Of a stretch of DNA of 64,000 nt, positions 9,278 through 19,758 are shown one piece after another. Under the pieces are notes generated by a model. The model did no database searches. It was not told the origin of the DNA and was given only the letters and a program-made list of their open reading frames with translations. The DNA comes from Sphingomonadales bacterium 28-55-16 (GTDB lineage: Bacteria; Pseudomonadota; Alphaproteobacteria; Sphingomonadales; Sphingomonadaceae), in the NCBI GenBank assembly GCA_002278855.1, contig NCGG01000015.1:31685-95684 (forward strand), in the 5' to 3' direction. The position numbers were made by a program, and so were the translations under genes. How positions within the stretch are numbered: the stretch's first letter is position 1; each line of letters opens with the position of its first letter.

Positions 9278-10462
9278 ATGCGTAAAATATTTTGGATACC
9301 GGCAACATTGATTGCCGCTGCTGCTGTGGGTTTCTTTGGCTTCTTGCCTGGCTATGTCGAAGGATCAATGAACCAGGTCGACGGCAAAGCGTTGATCGCC
9401 GTCAGTGCCGAAGCCAAGGCTTTGCACAAGACGTTGAACATTGTTGATTTGCACAGCGACACTTTAATGTGGGACCGCGATCTCAACGACCGAGCGTCCC
9501 GCGGCCATGTGGATTTGCCGCGCTTGCAAGACGGCAATGTTGCGTTGCAGTTGTTTTCGTCGGTGACAAAGACGCCAAAAAACCAGAATTATGATGGCAA
9601 TGGCGCCGATAGCGACAACATCACCTTGCTCACCTTTGCGCAGCTGCAGCCTGTAAAGACATGGCATTCTTTGGTCGAACGGTCCTTATATCACGCAGCG
9701 AAGCGTGGCGATGCCGTTGCGGGTGCGAACGGTGCGTTAGCAGCGGTCGATACAGCGGCCCAATTGGACCAGTTGCTTGCTGCACGACAAACAGCTCGGC
9801 GTCCGGTCGGCGCAATGCTCACGATCGAAGGCCTCCAGAATCTGGAAGGAAAGGCGACCAATTTGGATAGGTTGTACGATGCCGGTTTCCGTATGGCTGG
9901 ACTCACCCATTTCTTTGACAATGAATTGGCCGGATCAATGCATGGCCTGAAAAAAGGCGGACTTACCCCCTTTGGCCGTGATATTGTCCGGCGAATGGAG
10001 GCAAAGGGCATGATTGTCGATATCGCGCATCTCAGCCATGCCGGGGTTGCCGAAGTGCTCGCTATGGCGACGCGCCCCGTGGTCTCCAGCCATGGTGGCG
10101 TGCAGGCGACATGTAAGGTCAACCGCAACCTGACCGATAATGAAGTCCGCGGCGTCGCGAAAACGGGCGGTGTTATCGGCATTGGCTATTGGGACGGGGC
10201 CTTATGTTCAACCGATCCACGCGCGGCCGCCAAAGCGATGAAGCATGTCCGCGACCTTGTCGGCATTCAACATGTGGCGTTGGGGTCGGATTATGATGGC
10301 GCAACCATCGTGCGTTTCGACACGTCGCAATTGGTTCAGGTCACGCAAGCGTTGCTGGACGAAGGCTTTACGGCGCAAGAAATTCGGGCCGTCATGGGTG
10401 AAAATGCGCTGCGGGTCATTCGCGCGGGGTTGGTTCCGACGCCAAAGGCTTCCGCAGTATAA
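9278..10462 (+). CDS. Membrane-anchored dipeptidase (peptidase M19)
   Basis: N-terminal TM, DLHSD, IEG, LTHF, VDIAH, SHGG, GSDYDG. Confidence 0.9.
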   Translation: MRKIFWIPATLIAAAAVGFFGFLPGYVEGSMNQVDGKALIAVSAEAKALHKTLNIVDLHSDTLMWDRDLNDRASRGHVDLPRLQDGNVALQLFSSVTKTPKNQNYDGNGADSDNITLLTFAQLQPVKTWHSLVERSLYHAAKRGDAVAGANGALAAVDTAAQLDQLLAARQTARRPVGAMLTIEGLQNLEGKATNLDRLYDAGFRMAGLTHFFDNELAGSMHGLKKGGLTPFGRDIVRRMEAKGMIVDIAHLSHAGVAEVLAMATRPVVSSHGGVQATCKVNRNLTDNEVRGVAKTGGVIGIGYWDGALCSTDPRAAAKAMKHVRDLVGIQHVALGSDYDGATIVRFDTSQLVQVTQALLDEGFTAQEIRAVMGENALRVIRAGLVPTPKASAV

Positions 10463-11391
10463 TGACCATTCCGCGCCTATCTGCCAAAGACCGGATGCCC
10501 GACGCGCTGCGCGGCGGTGTCGCTGCTTTGGGCAATTTTGATGGCTTTCATTTGGGGCATCAGGCCGTCGCTGGCGAAGCGATTGCGCAGGCAAAGGCGG
10601 CCGGTAAGCCAGCCATTATCGCTACTTTTGATCCACATCCCGTGCGCTTTTTTGCGCCGGAATCGCCTTGGTTTCGTCTGACCACGCTCGATCAGCGCCA
10701 GCGCTTGTTTGAAGATGCCGGTGCCGACGCGATGCTGGTGTTTGACTTCGATGCAGAGCTTGCGGGGACCAGCGCCGATGATTTCATCGTCAAATTGCTG
10801 ATCGAGCGGCTTGGGTTTTCGGCGGTGGTCACTGGCCAAGACTTTACGTTTGGAAGCAGGCGTGGCGGCAATATCGAATTGTTGCGCGCGATTGGTGGCG
10901 CGCATGGGCTCTCCTCCACCGCTATGGGGCCAGTGGTCGATCACGCTGGTGTGATATCCTCGAGCCGTATCCGAAACGCGCTGAAAGATGGGGACTGCGC
11001 GACGGCAACCGCATTGCTCACGCGGCCTTTTGCCGTGCAAGGCATTGTGCAGCATGGCGACAAAAATGGCCGGCTCTTGGGCTTTCCCACAGCCAATATC
11101 GACATGGGCCATTATCTGCGCCCGCGTTACGGCATTTATGCCGTGAAGGGGCGATTGCCCGATGGCCGCGTGTTAAACGGTGCGGCGAACCTTGGCATCC
11201 GCCCGACCTTTGACCCGCCAAAGGAATTGCTTGAGCCGCATTTCTTCGATTTTGCCGAAGACCTTTACGGCCAGAATATCGAGATTGAGTTCCACGCCTT
11301 CATCCGTGGCGAAGCCAAATTTGATAATCTTGATGCGCTGATGGCGCAGATGGCAAAGGATTGTGATCAGGCGCGCGCCATTTTGGCGTGA
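10462..11391 (+). CDS. ribF: Bifunctional riboflavin kinase/FAD synthetase
   Basis: ALGNFDGFHLGHQ, TFDPHP, ISSSRIR, LGFPTAN, NLGIRPTF. Confidence 0.97.
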   Translation: MTIPRLSAKDRMPDALRGGVAALGNFDGFHLGHQAVAGEAIAQAKAAGKPAIIATFDPHPVRFFAPESPWFRLTTLDQRQRLFEDAGADAMLVFDFDAELAGTSADDFIVKLLIERLGFSAVVTGQDFTFGSRRGGNIELLRAIGGAHGLSSTAMGPVVDHAGVISSSRIRNALKDGDCATATALLTRPFAVQGIVQHGDKNGRLLGFPTANIDMGHYLRPRYGIYAVKGRLPDGRVLNGAANLGIRPTFDPPKELLEPHFFDFAEDLYGQNIEIEFHAFIRGEAKFDNLDALMAQMAKDCDQARAILA

Positions 11392-11485
11392 CTTTTAATT
11401 AGGCAGCGTACACCGACTTAACTTCGCCAGCGTTGCGCTCAAATAGTTGTCTAAAGCGCCAAGCTCCCCTAAGCACCGGCGCGAT

Positions 11486-14248
11486 ATGACCGAACCAGCT
11501 GACTCACCGAAACAAGACTATCGCGACAGCGTCTTCTTGCCCAAAACCGATTTTCCGATGAAGGCTGGCCTTCCGCAGAAGGAGCCTGGGATATTGGCGC
11601 GTTGGCAGGCGCAGGATTTTTATGCGGAGCTGCGCAATCGCCGCCGTGGGCGGGAAAAGTTCATCCTGCATGATGGCCCGCCTTACGCCAATGGCGACAT
11701 GCATATCGGCCATGCGCTGAACCATATCCTCAAAGACATGGTCGTCCGCACGCAGACTTTGCTTGGCAAAGACGCGCCTTATGTGCCCGGTTGGGATTGC
11801 CACGGCCTGCCCATCGAATGGAAAGTTGAAGAGCAATATCGCAAGAAAAAGCTGAACAAAGACGAAGTACCTGCTGTCGAATTCCGCGCCGAATGCCGCG
11901 CTTTTGCCCAGAACTGGGTCGATACACAGCGCGAGCAGCTCAAGCGGCTGGGCATCAATGCCGATTGGGACAATCCCTATCTCACGATGGATTTTCAGGC
12001 CGAGGCAACGATTGTTGCTGAGCTGCTGAAATTCGCCGAAAGCGGCCAACTCTATCGTGGCGCAAAGCCCGTGATGTGGTCGCCGGTGGAAAAGACCGCC
12101 TTGGCCGAGGCTGAGGTGGAATATGAAGACATCGTGTCGACGCAGATTGATGTGGCGTTCGAGATTGTCGAGGCACCCAACGAGCCTTCGTTAGTTGGTG
12201 CGTTCGCCGTCATCTGGACAACGACCCCTTGGACCATCCCCGTCAATCAGGCTTTGGCTTTCGGGCCAGAGGTTGAATATGTCGTTTCTGAAGTGGCTGG
12301 CCGTCGCTACATCTATGCCCTTGATCTTGAGCTTGCATTCTTGTCTCGGCTAGGCGTTGAGTCTGTTAATCAAGGCCATGGAACGCTTAAGGCTGGGGCG
12401 CTTGCTAATGCCACCGTCCGCCACCCGATGCATGCATTAGGCGGTTTCTTTGCCAAGCCCCGCCCAATGCTCGCAGGCGACTTTGTTACCACCGACAGCG
12501 GTACGGGCCTCGTCCATATGGCGCCTGACCATGGGGAAGATGATTTCGATCTGTGCAAGGCAAACGGCATCGATCCGGTCTTCGCGGTCGAAGGCGACGG
12601 CAAATATCGCGCCGACTGGCTCTGGTTGGGCGGTGAGGGCAGCGTCATCAACCCCAAGTTCAACGCGCCTGATGGGCCGATCTGCACGGCCTTGCGCGCG
12701 GCGGGCGGGCTGATCGCAGCGTCGGCGGATTACAAGCACAGCTATCCGCATAGCTGGCGGTCAAAGGCGAAGGTTATCTTTCGCTGCACCCCGCAATGGT
12801 TTGTACCCATGGATAAGGCGGCGGCCGATAGCACGCTGCGCGAAAAGGCGATGACCGCGATTTCGGATACCCGCTTCATCCCCGAAAAGGGCCGCAACCG
12901 TCTGTCGTCAATGGTCGAAGGCCGCCCCGATTGGGTGCTTTCCCGTCAGCGCGCATGGGGCGTGCCGATCACCTTGTTTGTGAAAAAGGGAACCAACCAG
13001 TATCTTGACGACCCCGCCGTGCATGCACGTATCATTGCCGGTGTACGCGCGCAGGGTGTTGATGGTTGGTCCGACGACCGGGCGCAGGAGTATCTGGGGC
13101 CCGACTACGCACTTGCGGATTATGAGCGCGTCACCGACATTCTCGATGTTTGGTTCGATTCGGGCTGCACGCATGCCTTTGTTCTCGAGAGCGGACGTTG
13201 GCCTGACCTGCAATGGCCTGCTGACTTGTATTTAGAAGGCAGCGACCAGCATCGCGGCTGGTTCCAGTCTTCTTTACTGCAAAGCTGCGGCACGCGGGGC
13301 CGCGCGCCCTATAATGCGGTGCTCACGCATGGTTTTACAATGGACCAGAAGGGCATGAAAATGTCCAAATCGTTGGGCAATACGATCAACCCGTTGGACC
13401 TGATGCGTGATAGCGGCGCGGATATCTTGCGGTTGTGGGCGCTGACGGTCGACTTCACGGAGGATCACCGCATCGGCAAAGAGATTTTGCAAGGCGTGTC
13501 CGACCAGTATCGCAAATTGCGCAACACCTTCCGCTATTTGCTGGGCGCGCTCGATGGTTTCTCCGAGGCCGAAAAGGTCGCAGTCGCCGATATGCCTGAG
13601 CTGGAGCGTTATATGCTCCATCTGCTCGCCGACATGGACGTGAAGTTGCGGCAGGCGGTCGATGACTTTGACTTTAACAATTATGTCCGGCTGCTGACCG
13701 ATTTTGCGAACGAAGACCTGTCGGCCTTCTTCTTCGATATCCGCAAGGATTGCCTCTATTGCGATGCGGCGACCGATCCCAAGCGCATGGCCTATCGCAC
13801 GGTGTTGGACATATTGTTCCACGCGCTCGTCCGCTATGCGGCGCCTGTGTTGGTGTTCACCAGCGAAGAGGTTTGGCACACGCGGTTCCCCGATGCGGAC
13901 AGCGTGCATTTTTCGGAATGGCCGGATGTTCCAGCAGCGCTCGACGCAGGTCTGGCCGATAAATGGACCAGCGTGCGAGCGGCGCGAATGGTCGCTACCG
14001 AACAGATCGAGCCAATGCGCCGCGAAAAAATCGTCGGTTCAAGTCTTGAGGTCGAATACACCCAAAGCGGTGGGTTCCAAGATGTGGATCTTGCCGAGAT
14101 ATTTATCGTTTCGGCAGTGCATCTTGGGACAGAAACAGGCGCAGTTAAAACCACCAATCACAAATGCGGTCGCTGCTGGCGGCACTTGCCCGAGGTCTTG
14201 GACGACGGCGCTTTGTGCGGACGCTGTGCGGATGTGGTTGGCGGGTGA
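11486..14248 (+). CDS. ileS: Isoleucine--tRNA ligase
   Basis: DGPPYANGDMHIGH (HIGH), KMSKS, C-terminal CGRCW..C..C zinc finger; start probably MTEPAD at 11486. Confidence 0.98.
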   Translation: MTEPADSPKQDYRDSVFLPKTDFPMKAGLPQKEPGILARWQAQDFYAELRNRRRGREKFILHDGPPYANGDMHIGHALNHILKDMVVRTQTLLGKDAPYVPGWDCHGLPIEWKVEEQYRKKKLNKDEVPAVEFRAECRAFAQNWVDTQREQLKRLGINADWDNPYLTMDFQAEATIVAELLKFAESGQLYRGAKPVMWSPVEKTALAEAEVEYEDIVSTQIDVAFEIVEAPNEPSLVGAFAVIWTTTPWTIPVNQALAFGPEVEYVVSEVAGRRYIYALDLELAFLSRLGVESVNQGHGTLKAGALANATVRHPMHALGGFFAKPRPMLAGDFVTTDSGTGLVHMAPDHGEDDFDLCKANGIDPVFAVEGDGKYRADWLWLGGEGSVINPKFNAPDGPICTALRAAGGLIAASADYKHSYPHSWRSKAKVIFRCTPQWFVPMDKAAADSTLREKAMTAISDTRFIPEKGRNRLSSMVEGRPDWVLSRQRAWGVPITLFVKKGTNQYLDDPAVHARIIAGVRAQGVDGWSDDRAQEYLGPDYALADYERVTDILDVWFDSGCTHAFVLESGRWPDLQWPADLYLEGSDQHRGWFQSSLLQSCGTRGRAPYNAVLTHGFTMDQKGMKMSKSLGNTINPLDLMRDSGADILRLWALTVDFTEDHRIGKEILQGVSDQYRKLRNTFRYLLGALDGFSEAEKVAVADMPELERYMLHLLADMDVKLRQAVDDFDFNNYVRLLTDFANEDLSAFFFDIRKDCLYCDAATDPKRMAYRTVLDILFHALVRYAAPVLVFTSEEVWHTRFPDADSVHFSEWPDVPAALDAGLADKWTSVRAARMVATEQIEPMRREKIVGSSLEVEYTQSGGFQDVDLAEIFIVSAVHLGTETGAVKTTNHKCGRCWRHLPEVLDDGALCGRCADVVGG

Positions 14249-14300
14249 CAGCGGGGTTTTTCAGGGTGACGATGCGCGTTTGGTGGGTTAGAACAAAACC

Positions 14301-14849
14301 ATGAACACCCACCCCAAATTTCGTCTTCAGGGCCTCATGCTCGCAAGCCTTGTGTTTATCACTGATCAGATCGTGAAATATGCGATGCTTGGGCCGCTGC
14401 AGCTGCAAAGCCGTGGCGTCATACACATCATCTCGTTCTTTGACTTTCGCTATGCTGAAAATCGGGGCGTTTCGATGAGCTTTTTAACCGCAGACAGTGA
14501 CGGCGAGCGTTGGGCGCTGGTGGCGCTGACCGCCGTGATTGCGGCCGGCGTGGCCATCTGGATGTGGCGTGAGAAACTGCGCGGCGATGTGCTTGCTTTG
14601 TCGCTGGTGCTGGGCGGTGCGCTCGGGAATATCGCCGATCGCGTGCGTTATGGCTATGTCGTGGATTATGCCGACCTGCACTTTGGCGCTTTCCGGCCCT
14701 TTTACATATTCAATCTGGCCGACGCCTGTATCAGCATGGGCGTGTTGATATTGCTTGCCCGCGCCTTTGTGATAAGCAACAAGGCGTCCGATAGCGGGTC
14801 TGATGTTCAGGAACCTGCAAGCATCGCCGACATAACGGAGAAGTCATGA
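14301..14849 (+). CDS. lspA: Lipoprotein signal peptidase II
   Basis: NRGVSMS, GGALGNIADR, VVDY, FNLAD. Confidence 0.95.
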   Translation: MNTHPKFRLQGLMLASLVFITDQIVKYAMLGPLQLQSRGVIHIISFFDFRYAENRGVSMSFLTADSDGERWALVALTAVIAAGVAIWMWREKLRGDVLALSLVLGGALGNIADRVRYGYVVDYADLHFGAFRPFYIFNLADACISMGVLILLARAFVISNKASDSGSDVQEPASIADITEKS

Positions 14850-15109
14850 AGCGGATACCTATCTTAGCGGCGGCGTCAGTTGCTGTCCTCGCGCTCTCTG
14901 GCTGCGGCACGACAAGCGTTTACGAACGCGATCGGCCTGATGAATTTGCCGTTACCCGGTCCGTACCCATTCAGGTGCCTGCTGCGTTTAACTTGCCCGT
15001 GCCGACACCCAATGCGCCGCGTCCGCAGGATGGCGATACACAGCAGCAGGTTTTGGACGCCATGTTTGGCGGCAATGTGCCCACGTCACGTCCGCAGTCC
15101 GGCCAGTAA
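14846..15109 (+). CDS. DUF3035-like lipoprotein, short paralogue
   Basis: Lipobox LSGC, RDRPDEFAV, VLDAMFGG; ATGA-coupled to lspA. Confidence 0.75.
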   Translation: MKRIPILAAASVAVLALSGCGTTSVYERDRPDEFAVTRSVPIQVPAAFNLPVPTPNAPRPQDGDTQQQVLDAMFGGNVPTSRPQSGQ

Positions 15110-15121
15110 ATGGATATGCAT

Positions 15122-15535
15122 ATGAATAAGAAATCTGTCCTTTTTGCTATGGCAACGCTCGCACTTCCGCTCCTTTCGGGATGCGCATCGGTCGGCAACT
15201 TACTCGGCGGCGGTGGATCGGCTGCGCCAGTTGCAAGCCGCGCTGCGCCGCTTGTGGTTCCGCCGGACTTCGCGCTTGAGCCAACAGCGGCAACCACTGC
15301 GCGTTCAGCCGATGCAAATCAGGAACAAACATTAGAGGCCTTGTTTGGCGGCACAGCAACGCGCTCGTCGGCTGAACGATCGATTTCGACAAGCTCTGGA
15401 ATTGCCGAGGCTGGCATCCGTTCTTCTGTTGGTGACCCGCAGACGAATACAGTGAACAAGGGCAGCATCACCCGCGATATCATCGCTGCCCCTGAAGGCG
15501 ACGGTCAAACCGCTCAGGCGATCATTCCAAATTGA
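15122..15535 (+). CDS. DUF3035-like lipoprotein, long paralogue
   Basis: Lipobox LSGC, APLVVPPDFAL, LEALFGG, IRSSVGDP, TRDIIAAPEGDG. Confidence 0.75.
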   Translation: MNKKSVLFAMATLALPLLSGCASVGNLLGGGGSAAPVASRAAPLVVPPDFALEPTAATTARSADANQEQTLEALFGGTATRSSAERSISTSSGIAEAGIRSSVGDPQTNTVNKGSITRDIIAAPEGDGQTAQAIIPN

Positions 15536-15556
15536 GGCATTGAAAGCGGCGCGCCT

Positions 15557-17488
15557 TCAAGCGCGCACGCTTGCTTCCTCCACGCCAGCGCTGTTGTGGC
15601 GCAGGGCTTTCAGCACAGTTTCGACAATTTGCGGCGCGTTCAGGCCGGCTTGGTCATATTGCCTTTGCGGCGAATCATGTTCCTGAAACATGTCCGGCAG
15701 ACGCATTGTGCGGATCTTCAGCCCTGTATCCATCAACCCTGCGTCACTGGCCAGCGTCAGCACATGCGCGCCAAGACCCCCGACAGAGGCTTCTTCGACC
15801 GTCACGATCACTTCATGTGTGGCAATCAGGTGGCGGATCATTTTCTCATCAAGCGGCTTGGCAAAACGCAAATCGGCAACGGTGGTGCTCAGGCCCTTCG
15901 CATCTAGCGCATCGGCTGCTTTCATAGCCTCGGCCAAACGTGTGCCGAGTGAGAGAATTGCGACCTTCTTTCCTTCGCGCATGATCCGGCCTTTGCCGAT
16001 TTCAAGCTGCTCGGGCACTTCGGGCAACGCAACGCCCGTACCGGTGCCCCGTGGATAGCGGAAAGCGATTGGCCCGCTGTCGTGCAGAACGGCGGTGTAA
16101 GTCATATGCACCAATTCGGCTTCATCTGCTGGCGACATCACGACCATATTGGGCAAAGTAGCAAGATAGGTGATATCGAACGAGCCTGCATGTGTGCTGC
16201 CGTCGGCGCCAACCAAGCCAGCACGATCAATGGCGAAGCGTACGGGCAGATTTTGGATAGCGACATCATGCACCACTTGGTCATATGCGCGTTGCAAGAA
16301 GGTTGAATAAATCGCACAAAATGGACGCATGCCTTGTGCGGCAAGACCAGCGGCGAAGGTCACGGCATGCTGTTCAGCGATACCCACATCAAAAGAGCGT
16401 TCAGGGTGCGCTGCGGAGAATTTGTCCACGCCCGTTCCGCCAGGCATAGCGGCAGTGATGGCGCAAATTTTAGGGTCGGTTTCCGCAAGCTTCGCGAGCG
16501 TTTCGCCAAAGACATTTTGATATGCAGGTGGACCGCCGCCAGGGCCTTTTTCCTGCTTACCTGTAATGACATCGAATTTTACAACGCCGTGATATTTGTC
16601 GTCCGCTGCTTCCGCAGGGGCGTAGCCCTTACCCTTTTGCGTGACGACATGGATCAGCACTGGACCTTCGGCATTGTCGCGCACATTTTCGAGGACAGGA
16701 ATAAGCTGGTCAAGATTATGGCCATCGATTGGGCCAACATAATAAAAGCCAAGCTCTTCAAACAAAGTGCCGCCCATGGCCATGCCACGGGCAAATTCCT
16801 CTGCCTTGGATGCGGCAGTGTAAATCCGACGCGACAGTCTTTTGGCAAGCTTGCTGGCAAGGCTGCGCAGGCCGAGATACTCGCTGGAGGACACCAGACG
16901 CGACAAATATGCCGACAGGCCACCAACAGGCGGGGCAATCGACATGTCATTGTCGTTCAGGATGACGACCAAGCGGTTACCGGCGGCCTGGGCGTTGTTC
17001 ATTGCTTCATACGCCATGCCGGCGGACATCGAACCGTCGCCGATGACGGCTATCGCCTTGCCGGGCTTGCCCGCGATTTTGTTGGCGACAGCAAAACCCA
17101 ATGCCGCCGAAATTGACGTCGAGCTATGTGCAGCGCCGAACGGATCATATTCGCTCTCGCTGCGCTTAGTGAAGCCAGATAGCCCGCCACCCATGCGCAA
17201 TGTGCGAATACGATCGCGCCGTCCGGTGAGAATCTTGTGCGGGTAGCATTGATGGCCGACATCCCAGATCAACCGATCATCAGGCGTGTTGAAAACATAA
17301 TGGATCGCAGTTGTAAGCTCGACAACGCCCAGACCGGCGCCCAAATGACCGCCTGTTACGGACACGGCAGAGATGGTTTCGGTGCGCAGTTCGTCGGCCA
17401 GCTGGCGCAGCTGCGACGCGGCAAGATTACGAAGGTCCGAGGGCACTTTAACCGTATCAAGTAACGGCGTGTCAGAGGAATGTGTCAT
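15557..17488 (-). CDS. dxs: 1-deoxy-D-xylulose-5-phosphate synthase
   Basis: [52 protein letters not shown]. Confidence 0.98.
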   Translation of the reverse strand: MTHSSDTPLLDTVKVPSDLRNLAASQLRQLADELRTETISAVSVTGGHLGAGLGVVELTTAIHYVFNTPDDRLIWDVGHQCYPHKILTGRRDRIRTLRMGGGLSGFTKRSESEYDPFGAAHSSTSISAALGFAVANKIAGKPGKAIAVIGDGSMSAGMAYEAMNNAQAAGNRLVVILNDNDMSIAPPVGGLSAYLSRLVSSSEYLGLRSLASKLAKRLSRRIYTAASKAEEFARGMAMGGTLFEELGFYYVGPIDGHNLDQLIPVLENVRDNAEGPVLIHVVTQKGKGYAPAEAADDKYHGVVKFDVITGKQEKGPGGGPPAYQNVFGETLAKLAETDPKICAITAAMPGGTGVDKFSAAHPERSFDVGIAEQHAVTFAAGLAAQGMRPFCAIYSTFLQRAYDQVVHDVAIQNLPVRFAIDRAGLVGADGSTHAGSFDITYLATLPNMVVMSPADEAELVHMTYTAVLHDSGPIAFRYPRGTGTGVALPEVPEQLEIGKGRIMREGKKVAILSLGTRLAEAMKAADALDAKGLSTTVADLRFAKPLDEKMIRHLIATHEVIVTVEEASVGGLGAHVLTLASDAGLMDTGLKIRTMRLPDMFQEHDSPQRQYDQAGLNAPQIVETVLKALRHNSAGVEEASVRA

Positions 17489-17542
17489 ATGGTGAGCTTA
17501 GCGCTGTTTTATCGGGCTGTCGAACGGGTAATTACCGCGCGT

Positions 17543-18010
17543 TCATCCGCAATCGGCACAAATTCCGCGTACTTCGATGACGGGGCGCACTTCTGCGAAC
17601 CCTGCTTGTTCTGCTGCCGCGCGCACATGCATTGTCAGCGTGTCGTCATCAATATGGGTGGCCGTGCCGCAGCTGTCGCAGATCAGGAAAATGCAGTCGT
17701 GCAGGCATCCGGGGTGTGAATTGGCAATATAGGCGTTGGCGCTCTCGACACGGCGGGCAAGGTTCGTCGCCACAAACAGGTCCAAGATGCGGTAAACGCT
17801 ATTGGGTGCAACGCGCTTACCGCGCCTTTGCGACACAAGGTCGGCGATATCATAAGCGGAGGCCGGTTTTACGAATGTCGTAAGCACCGCAAAAATGTCG
17901 GACCGCATCTCGGTCCATTGCTCCCCCGCCGCAACCAGTGCGCTTTCTGCGGCCTGCGCGAGCGATGCGCCTTCATGTTCGTGGTGATGATGTGCTGCCA
18001 TATCCCCCAT
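17543..18010 (-). CDS. Fur-family transcriptional regulator (Zur-like)
   Basis: His-rich N-terminus HHHHEHEG, SVYRILDLF helix, LICDSCG and CADC CxxC pairs; alternative start at 18001. Confidence 0.85.
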   Translation of the reverse strand: MGDMAAHHHHEHEGASLAQAAESALVAAGEQWTEMRSDIFAVLTTFVKPASAYDIADLVSQRRGKRVAPNSVYRILDLFVATNLARRVESANAYIANSHPGCLHDCIFLICDSCGTATHIDDDTLTMHVRAAAEQAGFAEVRPVIEVRGICADCG

Positions 18011-18064
18011 GTAAGCCGAGGCAAGGGGATGGTCAATTAGCGGTCGGGTGCGTTTCGTTGGCGC

Positions 18065-18430
18065 TTAGCTTCTGGCCCGCTGGTTCAGCAAGTGACCCAC
18101 GCCCAGCAAAATGACGCCAACGACCGTGAAGGCAATCTCGACGCCGCCATGGGGTAGTGTCAGCGCCCCGCCCATCATGCCGATGCCAATCGCGCCAACG
18201 GTTGCCGGAAGGAATAGTCCGTGGTCCTGAAACCCTTGACCCAATGCTATCATACCAAGAATGATCGCCAGCCAAAGCCCGACTTCATGGATCACAGGGT
18301 TAAGAAACGCGCCGCTGGCAGACGCGAGCACCGCCAGCAATATCGTGGTTATGATGCAATGGAGCAGGCACAGACCAGCAATGCTGAGGCCAAGACCATC
18401 CCATCGCCATTTATTCCATGCGCGCGCCAT
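18065..18430 (-). CDS. MerC domain-containing membrane protein
   Basis: WDGLGLSIAGLCLLHC motif, four hydrophobic segments, C-terminal GHLLN. Confidence 0.85.
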   Translation of the reverse strand: MARAWNKWRWDGLGLSIAGLCLLHCIITTILLAVLASASGAFLNPVIHEVGLWLAIILGMIALGQGFQDHGLFLPATVGAIGIGMMGGALTLPHGGVEIAFTVVGVILLGVGHLLNQRARS

Positions 18431-18459
18431 AGGGGTGGCCCTACACCGATTCGCTGCAC

Positions 18460-18473
18460 GTTACAACATTACA
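18460..18473 (-). promoter_or_regulatory. Candidate Zur box upstream of the merC-fur pair
   Basis: Minus strand TGTAATGTTGTAAC, 30-43 nt upstream of the merC start. Confidence 0.45.
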
Positions 18474-18555
18474 TCGCTAAAATTGCAGTCAGGATATCAG
18501 TTTTTGCAACCTCCGACGCTTGCGATTGGCGTTAATCCGGCGCATATCGCCGCTT

Positions 18556-19617
18556 ATGATTAACTCACGCAACTCTACCACTCCAGCTGTCGAAACTGCG
18601 ACGTCACGGCCCGCCGCGCTGATCATATGGCTGATATGTGTCGCTGCCCTTGTCTTTGCGATGGTGGTGGTGGGTGGCATTACGCGGCTGACCGAGTCCG
18701 GGTTATCCATCACCGAATGGAAGCCAATCGCGGGTGCATTGCCGCCACTGAACGAGGCAAGCTGGCTGTCTGAATTCGAGAAATATAAGCAAATACCTGA
18801 ATACACGCAGATTAACGGCCCCGCGGGTATGACGCTGGCGGAGTTTAAGTTCATCTATTTCTGGGAATGGGTCCACCGCCTGCTTGGTCGGGTCATAGGC
18901 CTGGCATTCGCATTGCCGCTCGCATGGTTTTGGCTGAAGAAGGCAATTCCAGCAGGTTATAAGCCCCGTTTGTTTGCGCTCCTTGCTTTGGGGGGACTTC
19001 AGGGCACGATTGGCTGGTGGATGGTGTCGTCTGGCCTTTCGGCGCGCACAGATGTCAGCCATTACCGTCTTGCCGTCCACTTGCTGACGGCGCTGACGAT
19101 CCTGGGTGGCTTGGTCTGGACTGCACTGGATTTGAAGGCGCTTGCAAAGGATCCATCGGCACGGCCAGCAACGATGACGGGCTATGCGGCGATTGTGCTG
19201 GCCATTCTGTTCATCCAGCTGCTGTTTGGGGCTTGGGTTGCTGGCTTGAACGCGGGCTATGTCGCCAATACTTGGCCATTGATGAATGACAAAATATATC
19301 CCGATGGCGTCGACACCACGCAAGGTGTGCTTTTTGCGCTGATCAACGATCCATATCTCACACATTTCGTGCATCGTTGGTGGGCCTGGGTTGCGGTGGT
19401 CGCGCTTGTATTGTTGTCACGTCGCGTGAAGAAAGCTGGTGCTCGCGGGGCTTCTGTTGCCATCCACAGCATGATTGGCATCCAGATCATCTTGGGCATT
19501 GCAACGGTCATGACGGGCGTCAACATCGTGCTCGCGGTATCGCACCAGGCGGTCGGTGCTTTGGTGGTCGCAGCGAGCGTATGGGGCGCGCATGTTCTGG
19601 GGCGCAAAGCGGCTTAA
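18556..19617 (+). CDS. ctaA: Heme A synthase (COX15/CtaA type 2)
   Basis: VGGITRLTESGLSITEW, FWEWVHRLLGR, GWWMVSSGL, HRWWA, HQAVG. Confidence 0.95.
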   Translation: MINSRNSTTPAVETATSRPAALIIWLICVAALVFAMVVVGGITRLTESGLSITEWKPIAGALPPLNEASWLSEFEKYKQIPEYTQINGPAGMTLAEFKFIYFWEWVHRLLGRVIGLAFALPLAWFWLKKAIPAGYKPRLFALLALGGLQGTIGWWMVSSGLSARTDVSHYRLAVHLLTALTILGGLVWTALDLKALAKDPSARPATMTGYAAIVLAILFIQLLFGAWVAGLNAGYVANTWPLMNDKIYPDGVDTTQGVLFALINDPYLTHFVHRWWAWVAVVALVLLSRRVKKAGARGASVAIHSMIGIQIILGIATVMTGVNIVLAVSHQAVGALVVAASVWGAHVLGRKAA

Positions 19618-19662
19618 ACACTAGAGGTATTATTATACCTGCCGTAAAACACCCGCTTTTGC

Positions 19663-19691
19663 TTGACTATCACGGCTTTCATCGTCATTGG
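19663..19691 (+). promoter_or_regulatory. Putative sigma70 promoter of rplM-rpsI
   Basis: TTGACT-N17-CATTGG, same architecture as the rpmG promoter. Confidence 0.55.
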
Positions 19692-19758
19692 CACCGCTTC
19701 GCGTGCAGTGTCGTCATGATTCTGCGCTTCTACAAAATTTCGAAAGGTGTGATTAGCG

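Noticed and set aside
12280-12430. Locally AT-richer segment inside ileS as an insertion or intein
   Set aside because: Short, in frame, lies in the variable editing-domain region, and has no intein splice motifs
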